A stretch of 63,267 bases of DNA, counting the filler, from Collodictyon triciliatum (Eukaryota): the NCBI GenBank assembly GCA_043381765.1. It is 5 parts of 5 records of this genome, joined end to end, with 100 filler letters (N's around TTAATTAATTAA, not from the genome) between each part and the next. Parts side by side here need not be neighbours in the genome. Positions count along the whole stretch, not along the records: positions 28,155 to 43,125 come from JBHJMP010000127.1; positions 43,226 to 52,761 come from JBHJMP010000130.1; 3 more parts are not named here. One strand, given 5' to 3'. Position numbers and translations under genes: made by a program. The notes under the pieces are model-generated. The model had not been told where the DNA came from. It saw only the letters and a list, made by a program, of their open reading frames with translations, and did no database searches. Below are positions 38,389 through 49,955 of this stretch, in pieces. Within the stretch, counting starts at the first letter, position 1. Each line of letters opens with the position of its first letter.

Positions 38389-41367
38389 ATTGTCCCAACG
38401 GAAACGGGTGCAGACTTATCAACAACAAGAAACATTATGACGATTATTATCATAACACGCTTCCACTTTGCCCTGATGAGCCATTCTGCCACAACAGAGA
38501 TAATTGCAAGAATAAGGGAGTGTACTCCCATATCTGCCAGTTTGGGCCAACTTGCACTAAAGGGAAATCCTCTCGCGATTCTAGCCACGAGAAAAATTTC
38601 CTTCATTTGAACACAAGAGTTTGTCCTTTTAACTCTCTTTGCAACTTCCAATATGACCATGACCATTCACTAATGTACTTTCACTTGTTCCACGACAATG
38701 AAAGGATGATATGTCCCTCGGATATGACATGCACAGAAATTAATGATGACGCCCACAAGAAAAAATTCTATCATCAACTAGATACATTATTTTTGTGCTT
38801 GGTTGATCGGTCAAGCAAACCAGAAATTAAATTGTCTTTGAACGAAGAGGCTCTTCTGCCTTTGAAACAATTCTACAATGTCTCATCTCTGCCTTCCGAT
38901 CTGTTGGAATTTTGTTCTTACCTCACTCCAACAATCACCTGCACAGCTACTGACTTTTCGTCATTCGTTAAGCTGGGAGCGATATATCCCAAAGGAAGAT
39001 TCAAGGCTGTCGGTTCAAAATTGGAGTTAGATCAGTATCTTCATAACCATCCGTTCATCCATCAAGTTGGATGGGCCTCCCCGAATATGACGGTGAAGAA
39101 GAGGGAAGTCATTCTCAAGAGTATTTACAAGATTCAGTATTACAGGATTGGAAAATATTTGACGGAAAAATCTCGTCGTGATTACTCAGACCACCAGGCT
39201 GAGGCTGAGATTAAGGCTGCATCACTTGCCGCTCTGGAAGCAGGACTTATACAAGATGAATTGGATTTGTTAGATCAAGTCATCGATTCTTGTTGGGCTC
39301 ACTATTGCGAGCTTTCAATGCCAACAGATAATTCCAACCCGTACCCTGATATGATATCTGATAGAATATTTGGGCAGCTTGGATTTTCCTTGGTAAAGTT
39401 ATTTGCTAAGTCTTTGTGATATAAAATCCTCTTAAAAACAAGAAAAGTGAGAAACTGTCACTCAATTTTAAAGCTCTAATTTTATATTCCATTCGCATGG
39501 CTCAAAGTGGTATTTCATAGTTTTTTTTTTTTTTTACACTCGTCCTTCAATTAAACTCAGTTCTTTTATTGCATAGCCCCAGGGATGCAACACAGAAGTT
39601 ATTATTGTTCTCAAGCAAGACATTCTGTATCACCCGAGTACAATTATCAGTCCTATCACTCCCAATTGCTTGCAATCTGGTTATCCTTCGAAATCGTGGC
39701 TAGCCACACAAAGAGAAGATTCTGTGCAATGCCTAAGGAAGTATAGCTTCACGTACGAAGACCCAATAGCCTTGGATTATATCACTCGCGATTCAATTAA
39801 TCAATTGAGGTCAGCTGGTCAGAGTGACTTCAGCCCCAGCAATTTCGTGCGCCATTGTCTTGATGGCAGATCTAATCTCGCACTTTCGTGCTATCTACCA
39901 TCAATCATCCCTCTTAGTGCAATCGAAAAAATCATTATTCCGCAGGTAAGAGTTTTGCTTCCATTCATAGTTGTTAAAAAATGTAACATTTCATCAGGAT
40001 GCCTTTCATGAAATGATCATTCAATTCTCCTTCTTTTTAATCTTTTTTTAATCTTTTTTTAATCTTTTTTTAATCTTTTTTTAATCTTTTTTTAATCTTT
40101 TTTTAATCTTTTTTTAATCTTTTTTAATCTTTTTTTAATCTTTTTTAATCTTTTTTAATCTTTTTTTTAAAAGTTTTTAATTTTTTTTAATTATTACTAA
40201 TACTTCGAATCTTGTCCAATCAATCCTTCACAGTCTTTAAGTAGGCAGCTGGACCCCCAGTGCAAATCCATGCTGGAGTTGATGAAATGGGATTACCATT
40301 CAGGAATTATGTGCCCAACCGCGAATCCAAACGAAAGCCATATCATTCTCGGCGAAAAGCCCATCCCCTTTTGCTACATGAATCATAAATCATGGCTTGA
40401 ATGTCTGAACGTGCAACTGACGCCGTTTTGTTTCTTCAAGGCTCCACATATAATCTCATTTCGCTCTCAAATGGAAATCGCATTCGCTGTATCCAAAGAC
40501 TTTTTCCATATTAGCCTGTGCTCAGACTTTGAGGACAATATTCCAACCGGGCACATCATAACGTTCCAAGTAAATATTCCGGGTAACTACTCGGGAGTTT
40601 TTGAGAGACGCCCAGAGAAACCTAACGCCCCTGCCTTCCCCGGCGAATGCATCACACACAATACGTTTGCTTTTAATAACGCCCTCACGCTAAAAGTTAT
40701 CCACTTCAAGATTATCATGACCCATGAAAAAGTTACTATGCGCATGGACGGTGTCTCGCGCATCCTCAACGAATTCGAAGTCGGTCACAGCTACCAGGAC
40801 AGAGGGGCAAACCCCAGTAACCTACGGTATCTAGTCTTCCAGTCCCAAGGAGAGCGCCCTCAGCTGGTCTGTCTGCGTCTCTCTGCCGACTCGGAACTCC
40901 CTCCTCTCAAGATTCACTCGGAAACGCCTTCGTTTCCCACGCCGAGCCCTGGTCTGGGCCAAGTCCTTGGGATAAGAAAGTGCCTGGCCGGCCCCAAGTG
41001 CCTGCAAGTCCAAAACCAGTGCCACACCCAATCCTACGAGCACACATTCCTGCCCGTGTGTCCAGACAAGGGCAAGTGTCCTCGCGCCTACGATGAAAAA
41101 GGCTGCCACTCAGCCGAGATGTCGCATCCTTGCCGCTACGGGAAGTTTTGCAAGGTTCCCTCCAATGACGCGCACTGGAACCGCTACTACCACTTGTTCC
41201 GCCCAACGTGTCCGAACGGGGCGGACTGCGCAGATGTGAACCAGGCGTCGCATAGAAATGCATTCTCGCATGTTGGACACCGTGACATACTAATCCCTTG
41301 CAGAAACGGCGCGACCTGTCCGAAACAAAGAGACTCTGAGCATGCCGCGGTGTACTCTCATGATTAG
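38389..41367 (+). CDS. Ten PBZ-like C2H2 fingers (5+5) flanking a degenerate DarT/ART-like domain and a beta-rich domain; first exon(s) unresolved
   Basis: Exons 38389-39392, 39577-39945 and 40234-41367 splice in frame (GT-AG). Fingers follow C-x5-C-x7-10-H-x5-H (e.g. CRYGKFCKVPSNDAHWNRYYH); finger 2 lacks the first His. Central motifs PTITCTATDFSSFVKLGAIYPK, RIFGQLG, VIIVLKQDILYHP and LSCYLPSIIPLSAIEKIIIP. Confidence 0.8.
40035..40170. repeat. (TAATCTTTTTT)n 11-mer intronic repeat
   Basis: Tandem units within intron 39946-40233. Confidence 0.9.
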
Positions 41368-41935
41368 CCGCACACGAGGAACAATGGCGGTGGGGAGGAG
41401 AAATGAAGATGGAGAAATGAAGATGGAGATATGGAGATGGAGAAATGGAGATGGAGAAATGGAGATGGAGGAGCTCATGGCTACGAAATACCGATTGATA
41501 AAGAAAAAAATGAAAAAAAGTCGGAACCATGTAAAAAAAAAAATGACGTGATAACCGCTGTGTCTTTGACTTGTGTGGGACGGTTTATTTTTGATTGGAT
41601 TTGGTTCTTTTGACTCTTATTTTTATCGGTTTTTTTATTTATTTTTTTTTTTATTCTTCCTTTCAATTTTGTGCAGGATGGTGAAGATGTTGGCTTTGGT
41701 TCGCTAGCCATCGTTTGCATGGACGCTACTTGGTGGCCGGGTGGCGGAGAAGTAGTCGGTAATCAGGAATTGCATCCTGCGCTTTGGCCTGTAGCCTGGG
41801 TCTTGTGCTTGCATAAGAGATTTTCCGGTTTTTTTATTAATGTTTTCTTCATTGGATTATTCTTTCCGGTGATTCATTCAGTATCATTATTCTGTTGAGT
41901 AAAGCAAGTGCAGAAAGAAGGGCAGCCACCAAGGA

Positions 41936-42367
41936 ATGAGCGGACGCGTGTGTTTCTTGTGCGGCGAGACAGGCCATTTCCCCATGTACTGTGAGTCGTC
42001 TGACTTTGCGGTAGGGCGCGTGCGTCTTCGAAAAGGCGATCGGATCAGATCAAGTGAGGAAGAACTTGCTTTATTTCTATTCTTGTTTCTGGCTATTAAC
42101 GTCGATTTTGTTTTTGTTTTTTTTTTTTAGCATTTTTGCTTATGTACTTATTTTTTTATTTTTTGCTTCTTTTTACTTTTTTTTCTTCTTTCACTGCGTT
42201 TTTACTTTTCTTTCTTACGTATATAATGACGGTAGTAGATCATATCTTATCTCCATTTCCCTGCAGAAAAAGATCCCGCATGTGTAGACAGCAAAGGTGG
42301 AGAGGCTGGTTTAGGAGAGGCTGATAAAGGTCGGAATAAGAAGGCAAAGGCAAGTCTCCCATCCCTA

Positions 42368-42424
<57 letters not shown>

Positions 42425-42920
42425 CTCTCTCTCTCTCTCTCTCTCATGTATAGATAATCATTTTCATTCGGCGCATCTTTCTTTCTTTTCTCAAGTCCAG
42501 GTCGGACCGTTTCGTCTATTAAATATATATAGGTATATATCGCATCGTCAGTTTTGTTTAACTCCAATCTCTTTTACAACATATTCACCAAAATAGAGGC
42601 CAGTCATCAGAGCAAAGGCCATACTAAAGCAAACTCAGTTGGCATCTCAAGCCAGAAATCTAATAAATTGGGCCCAACTTAGGATTAAACTACGCAGCAG
42701 AGACCAAAGCAGGTTTATACTGCTATATGTTGTCAATTTCTCTGTCGCTAGATTTGATATTAATTGTATTTTCTACAATGTGTTTATCTTATTTTACAGT
42801 AAATTTATTATAATTATGTCCAGTTGCTCACCAGAATCGCCGGTTGGAAAGAAATCACCCCAGCAAGAGATACATTCCTTGGAAAAGGGAAGAGCATCTA
42901 CTGAATGCGATATTGAAGAT
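41936..42920 (+). CDS. Partial gene starting with a CCHC zinc knuckle; function unknown
   Basis: MSGRVCFLCGETGHFPMYC matches C-x2-C-x4-H-x4-C; further exon-like segments near 42268-42349 and 42823-42920; scaffold ends at 43125. Confidence 0.55.
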
Positions 42921-43125
42921 GTAATTTGTATCTTAACGGAGAAAAATAAGAACTAGGATTATCTGCCTATTATACCTAAAGACTTAAGGTGCCTGCGTCT
43001 ATTCACATGTGATATATTTTACTTACTTCTTTTTCTTTTTCTTTTCTTTTTCTTTTCTTTTTCTTTTCTTTTTCTTTTCTTTTTCTTTTCTTTTTCTTTT
43101 CTTTTTCTTTTCTTTTTCTTTTCTT

Positions 43126-43225
43126 NNNNNNNNNNNNNNNNNNNNNNNNNNNNNNNNNNNNNNNNNNNNTTAATTAATTAANNNNNNNNNNNNNNNNNNN
43201 NNNNNNNNNNNNNNNNNNNNNNNNN
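43126..43225. other. Artificial scaffold-joining linker
   Basis: N44-TTAATTAATTAA-N44. Confidence 0.97.
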
Positions 43226-43581
43226 TGTTGTTGTTTTTTTTTTTGTGGTGTTGGGGATCTGCGTGCTGTTTGGCCTCTGTGCCCGAACAAAAAAGAAAAG
43301 AAATAATTGGCATATTCCTATTGCATTTAACTTCAAGTATAAAGTTCATCAAAATCAATTACACGAATAGTTCAAGATTGTGCAAATAAATCACATCTAT
43401 ACCTTGAATAAATTCCTCAACTTTAAATTATCGACAAAAAGATACCACTCTCTCATTGAGCTGTTGGTTCATGGGAGTATGCAAGCATCAAAGCCATTAA
43501 GTATTTGATTCCCATCAACCATATTATTCTAAAATTTTAAAATAAAGATGTTTATCGCCTGAGTATTTTTTTGGGGATTAG

Positions 43582-44979
43582 ATATAAAGACAGGCTATGC
43601 AGTGGACAAAATTGAGACTAAACCTTCGAGGATACCTGTATTGAATCATCTTTACGAAATTCACTTCTCGAACGGAGAAAACTTCGAAGCGGATTTCGTA
43701 ACTATTCCCACACGAAAATACCATTCTTTTATTTTTCCCCTCAAAATGCATGCTCTGCGATGTATGATGATTCTACCTGCTTGAAAGGTTGTAGTTTCAG
43801 TGCCTTTGGGTGTTCTAAAGAGCAGAGCTATAGATTTTTCTCCTCCTTTGCCCATGGAAAAAATATCAGCAATCGATCGAGTTGGTAAATAAAATAATTA
43901 TTAAAATGATATGCCCTCTTTTCATTTTTTGTGTGTTTTATTTCAATCGGGCCATTCGTGTGACAAATTTATTCAAATATATATGCAAATTATTCCGTAT
44001 TCGACTATGCGAATATGAAAACTGAAAAGTGTTGTCATGGTAATTTGGCTCTACGCTCTCAATCATATCACATAATTATCTCGTGTGATGGTAGGATTTG
44101 GTCTTGTGAACAAGGTTCTCTTAAAATTTAACACAAAGTTTTGGGATGGCTATGAATTCTTTGGAATGTCGACAGATGGAGAGCAAGGCCTCTTCAATTA
44201 CTGGATAAACACAGACATAATTGCAAAGTTTTTCTTTTTTATGTGACTACACCATCGGTTGTTTTTGGTTCTTGTTTTGCATGAACTGCTTCTCTTTTTT
44301 TTTCTTTTTTGTCTATTAATAGTTAAAGTATAATTTAGCACAAATATTCTCATTGGAGTTGCTTTGGGAGATAAAGCCGGGTTCACAGAGTCGAATACTG
44401 ACGAAGTTGTCATCGAGGAAGCTATGAAAAGGATTCGGGTGATGTACCCCGCCGCACCGAATCCAATCGAGTATCGCATCTCGAGATGGAGTATATATGG
44501 ATTTTAATTCGTCTTATTTTCACCATTGACTATGATGGCGAATTTATGCTATGATGAGCCGAGATTGTTTGTTTTTTTTTCAAAAGAGATAAATCATAAT
44601 CATTTTTTTTTTTCATAGGAAGCGATCCCTTTTCGAGAGGTTCGTATTCTTTCCCCGCTGTTGGCATGTCTTACACCAAACAAGGCGGAAATCGGAGTCC
44701 GGACTGGGACACACTCTCTCTTCGGGTTGGAAACATTCACTTCGCTGGAGAACACACAGACGGAGACTATCGGTTCGTTTAAATACATATAATGTAATTC
44801 AATTTCTTTATGATTTGCATTTATGTATAGTGCTTATACTCATACTATCACTATCACTATCACCATCACTATCACTATCAATATAAACTTTTTTTTCCAT
44901 CAGAGGAACAGTTCATGGTGCATATCGCTCAGGCGTTCGTGCGGCCATCGAAATTCAAGAGACTTTTGAAAAGAAATAA
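43582..44979 (+). CDS. Flavin-containing amine oxidase (polyamine oxidase/LSD1 family), 3' exons only
   Basis: Spliced motifs FEADF|VVVSVPLGVLK...IDFSPPLP.EK..AIDR, GFGLVNKVLLKF...FW, SRW.SDPFSRGSYS, IHFAGEHT and GTVHGAYRSGVRAA; TAA at 44977-44979. Confidence 0.92.
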
Positions 44980-45093
44980 ATTGATGGATGGATGGATGGG
45001 TTGATTCGCGTAGATGCCCATATTATTCCAATAAAAAAAAAATGCAGGAATCAGTTTTGAGGTAATAATGTAGTAATCATTTATATATGCTTG

Positions 45094-45941
45094 CTAATTA
45101 ATCGAAGAGTGCTTTTTGCTATCGCCATGGTCGCGGCTGAATACAGGTATTGTTCGCATATCTATGATGTGCCGCATTGTGGGTCGGCCATGCGGACAAT
45201 TCCAAGGGTGCTGTAGTGTTCCCATATTTTGAACAATCTATACCCAGTTAAAGAGAAGTTAATATTATATGCGTGATGACTTAATGTGCTTGGAAAGGAG
45301 GAAAGGAGGGAGAGGATTAGCAAGTAACTATGGCTCTAATTTTAGAAGGCGAAGATATCGATTTTTACATCAATTCAGTGACAAAAATGATTCAATTTGG
45401 TCTATTGAAATGAGAAAATACAATACATAATTTGCAGGGGACTTGCCTTGCTCATTTGTGCTTTATCGAGTGCTGTTCCTATCATGACGGCTTTTCGGCA
45501 GGCGCGCGAAGCAAACATTGCGGTTATCCTTTGTGGGCGAATCATTTTTCCAGGCTCCTCCGTCAAACGACAAATCATCTCGGTAATATCTGCATCGAAA
45601 TAATAAACAACCAGCATGAGACAAGCCACCAATTCCATGAGAGAATAAATAAACGTCCAATACTTTTTTCTTTTGTGTGTGTGTTTTTGTTTTAATATAT
45701 ATATATATATATATTCCTGGCGAATGTGGAGCTGTTTAAATATTAAAGAGCAAAAAGCGCTGACTCGATACCTGACGAACCAAATTGAGTATTCTTGCTA
45801 AATGGGATTGTTGTTAGTCTGATTCGTTTGTTGGCAGACTCCTATAAAGTAGAAATAGATCACTTTATCCTGGTCATTACGATTTCGCTCAAAAGCTCTT
45901 TTTTTCTGATGCTGTTTTTTGTATTGTTAATTCTTTGCTGT

Positions 45942-46017
<76 letters not shown>

Positions 46018-49000
46018 TTTTTNNNNNNNNNNNNNNNNNNNNNNNNNNNNNNNNNNNNNNNNNNNNNNNNNNNNNNNNNNNNNNNNNNNNNNNNNNNNNN
46101 NNNNNNNNNNNNNNNNNNNNNNTTTGTTTGTTTGTTTGTTTGTTTGTTTGTTTGTTTGTTTGTTTGTTTGTTTGTTTGTTTGTTTGTTTGTTTGTTTGTT
46201 TGTTTGTTTGTTTGTTTTTCCTGATTAAAAACACCGAGCTTGGGTCATATCCTTGAGTTGCAAATAATAATTTAATATCAAAGTAAAGAAAATCTATTTA
46301 AAAAATACGAGATGAGCTTTTGTGTGTGGATCTCTGTTGATTTTTGCAGAGTTTCAAAATTGTATCTAATTTGTTTGACGACGAAATGATTGGATTCAAT
46401 TAAAAGGACAATTTAGTCATGGTTATTTTTTATTTTTGCTATAAAACAAATACTTTTCATCGGAGGCATGTTGGTCGATAATAAATATATCAGTTCCGTG
46501 TCTTGCGATTATAAATCCTAAGTTAAACTACAATTTTGACATTTCAGTTTCAAATTTATCGTTGTCCCCAAAATTTTATGAGTTTATTGATTAGCATAGT
46601 TGTTGTGACCTAGGCTGAGTATAAAGATGGCGAATAAAACGTGAATACTTGGCCTATTATTTCCATTTCTGCAAAATATTCTTTCCTGAACGTTTTTACA
46701 AGCTCGGCTTCGGCCTAATTTGCGTATTCAGATTCTTGTGTGAATTTTAAATTTTCTTAAGTATTGGTACTTGTTCACGAGATACCTTTTCAGAATCCAT
46801 CTCTGCCTTATAAACTGGGTGGCCTAATATGAATTAACGGTTTTAACATGCGAAGCATTGAAATTTAGTTTCCAAATTAATTATTCATAAAATCTTAATA
46901 TTGACTGGTAAAAAAATCAAATATGTATACTTCTAGCATCCGCATGAGTTGGCTTGCAGAAGAAAAAAAGATGATGTTAATAGGTCTTTGATTGAATGAA
47001 TCAAGAATCTAGTCTCAGAAAAGAATTCATATGTGCGATGATGTATTTTATGAGTTCAACATATACTTTGACTCTGCTTAAAAATCGAGACTTCAGGGTA
47101 TCATAGCAGATATCTACCTCGGAATAATGCCTTTAAATTTTTCGATTTAAATGAAAAGACCTGATAATTAAATATGTGACCCCTAAACTATAATGTGTTG
47201 TTTTGTTTGTTTTGTTTTTTTTTGTTTTTTGTTTTTTTGTTTTTTGTTTTTTGTTTTTTGTTTTTTGTTTTTTGTTTTTTGTTTTTTGTTTTTTGNNNNN
47301 NNNNNNNNNNNNNNNNNNNNNNNNNNNNNNNNNNNNNNNNNNNNNNNNNNNNNNNNNNNNNNNNNNNNNNNNNNNNNNNNNNNNNNNNNNNNNNNTTGTT
47401 TTTTGTTTTTTGTTTTTTGTTTTTTGTTTTTTGTTTTTTGTTTTTTGTTTTTTGTTTACTGTTTTTTGTTTATATTATTTATCACTCTCAAACCTAATAT
47501 GGTCGCTAGAATCTAACAAGTCGGACTCTATTACGATATCATTTGACTCATCTGAGCATTCTTTATACCTATATCAAAGGGGTTAATATATAGTAAAGAT
47601 GAATATTTGATAACAAAACGAAAGAAGCGAATATTACAATTTTTAATATGTGTATTCCCTTTCTTTTCATTCCTAATTTTTCTTCTTTTTCTTTTTCTTT
47701 TTCTTTTTCTTTTTCTTTTTCTTTTTCTTTTTCTTTTTCTTTTTCTTTTTCTTTTTCTTTTTCTTTTTCTTTTTCTTTTAGGGAGGTGGAGATTTTTTCA
47801 GTTAACGAACAAGTTTTTCAAGTCTGATTCTTCAATATTTTCTGAGGATTCGGTGCAAGTCTGGGACAAGACCGCCTATTTTTTTTATTATTTTATTTAG
47901 AAATAAAATAACAATAAAAATTTAAAATGAAGATGAAGGAAGGCATGATATTGAAGTCCTGCTCTGATATATATGAATGACGGCAAGCTATCACTTTTAT
48001 TTATTTTTTGTGTGGGGGACATTCGAATATAACCAAATAAATCGACAAGGAAGACTATTGTGTACTCACGTGTACCTCAGATGAAGGCAAACTGTCTATA
48101 TCGCTTAGTTTGTTGAGTGGTTCTAAAATGACTTTTTTTGATGGCTGTGAACATGTTGGGGATTGTTCAAATATATCCCTGTCATGTTAAAAAAGAAAAA
48201 GAGGGAATGATAAATTGCAGTCATTTTGAAAGTTGATGTCTGCACTATTGTGTAGTGTATGAATATATCATATGTTTCTTATTATACATCGAGACATATT
48301 ATAAAATCAGCAGACATTCACAGCTTCAATCACGAATATATGGGTCATCCTAACGCACTATTGATAAATAAGATAGCAAAATTAGAGGTAAATGCACATA
48401 CTCATCCAAATTTTGATCCGGTGCTTCTGAAAAAGTCTGGTAATGATTAGAGTCTGATGTGCTACCATCAATGATTTCCTCGTCGACTATTCTTGGCTCT
48501 GTTACATGCTATTAATTGTGAAGAAAAAAAAGTATTACTCCAAAGAACTTCGTGAGTCTGCGCATTGTATCTGCGGAAACTAATTTGAATGAAATGCTAT
48601 CCATAATGTTTGAGTTGATATATTGCCTCTTGAAAAGATAAGTGCACATAAGGCATCGGAGTTATCACTTTTGCGCAATGGGGAATAGGTGATGCGGATT
48701 TTGGAGATCCGAATTTAAACTGTGACATATCAAAGGTGCGTTTCAATGGGGATCTGACTTGTCCTTGATAACTAGGGAAATACGTCTGTAATATGAACAG
48801 ATTAGAAGGGTAATTTTTTTCACATTCTCGCTTTCAACTTGTGCAAGATGGGAATTGATTAAGAGGATGATCAAGTGAATGGACGATTAAAAAAAACCAA
48901 ACACTAACAGCTCTAGTTTGCGATGGATTTGTTTTTGGAGGGGAAGAGACGAGAAGTTCATCGCCCGTATGCTTTGAATTCGCACTAGTGATGCGTATTA

Positions 49001-49562
49001 ATATTATCTAGCTGAATCATACCGCTATTTTTAGGCATGTACATTTTCTTCTTTTATTCGATTCAAAGCCCAGCGAGGTTATGCCACGTATTTTAGGCAT
49101 GTATATTGAAATAAAGTAAAAGACTTTTTATTGTGACTTTTTTTATGACATATTTGATTGTGGAAAAAAAATAGGATTCAAGTAAATATTTCCAAATTTT
49201 ATCAAAAAAAAAAAAAAAAAACATGGATAGTTCAAGAATGGGATGGAATTCTTAAAATACAAAATTATCTCTTTTATTCGATACAAACTTAGTATGAATT
49301 GTTCTGGTATAGTAACTTTATGGTTACAGCGAAGTGGTATATTACGAAATCTTCATTCGATTTTTTTTTCATATTATAAATTAAATTACCGTGCATCTGG
49401 GTTTGACTTTTCTCCTTCAATATACTCGCAGCAATCATTTGGAGAGAAATCAATCGTATTTATTGGAATGCTGCAGCTTGACCCATCGTAAAAGTTTGAT
49501 AAACTTTCCTGTTGTAATAACGTTTCGAAGGAGAAATAAAGTATGCATATTCCTTTTAAATG

Positions 49563-49622
<60 letters not shown>

Positions 49623-49882
49623 GCAATTGCATATCGTTGTGTATTCTGCCAAGTTCTTTAGTATACAGAAAAGATGTGCAGGGATAACCAACTTTGATAT
49701 AATCTAGGAGTTTTATCTCGTCATGAACAAATACTTTTCTTTTATCAGGCGTTATATTCACGTCAAAGGCATCTATTAAATTGAAAAATGTAAAGAAATG
49801 TGTCTGACCTTTCATTTAGAATAGCAATCAGGTTATTCATTTATACAAAATGCATAAATGAGATTGTTTGTTTGGTTCTTAG

Positions 49883-49955
<73 letters not shown>

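Noticed and set aside
44979-45094. Very short convergent gap between the amine oxidase and PMS2 as a functional link
   Set aside because: Compact convergent spacing is ordinary, and nothing suggests a shared pathway.
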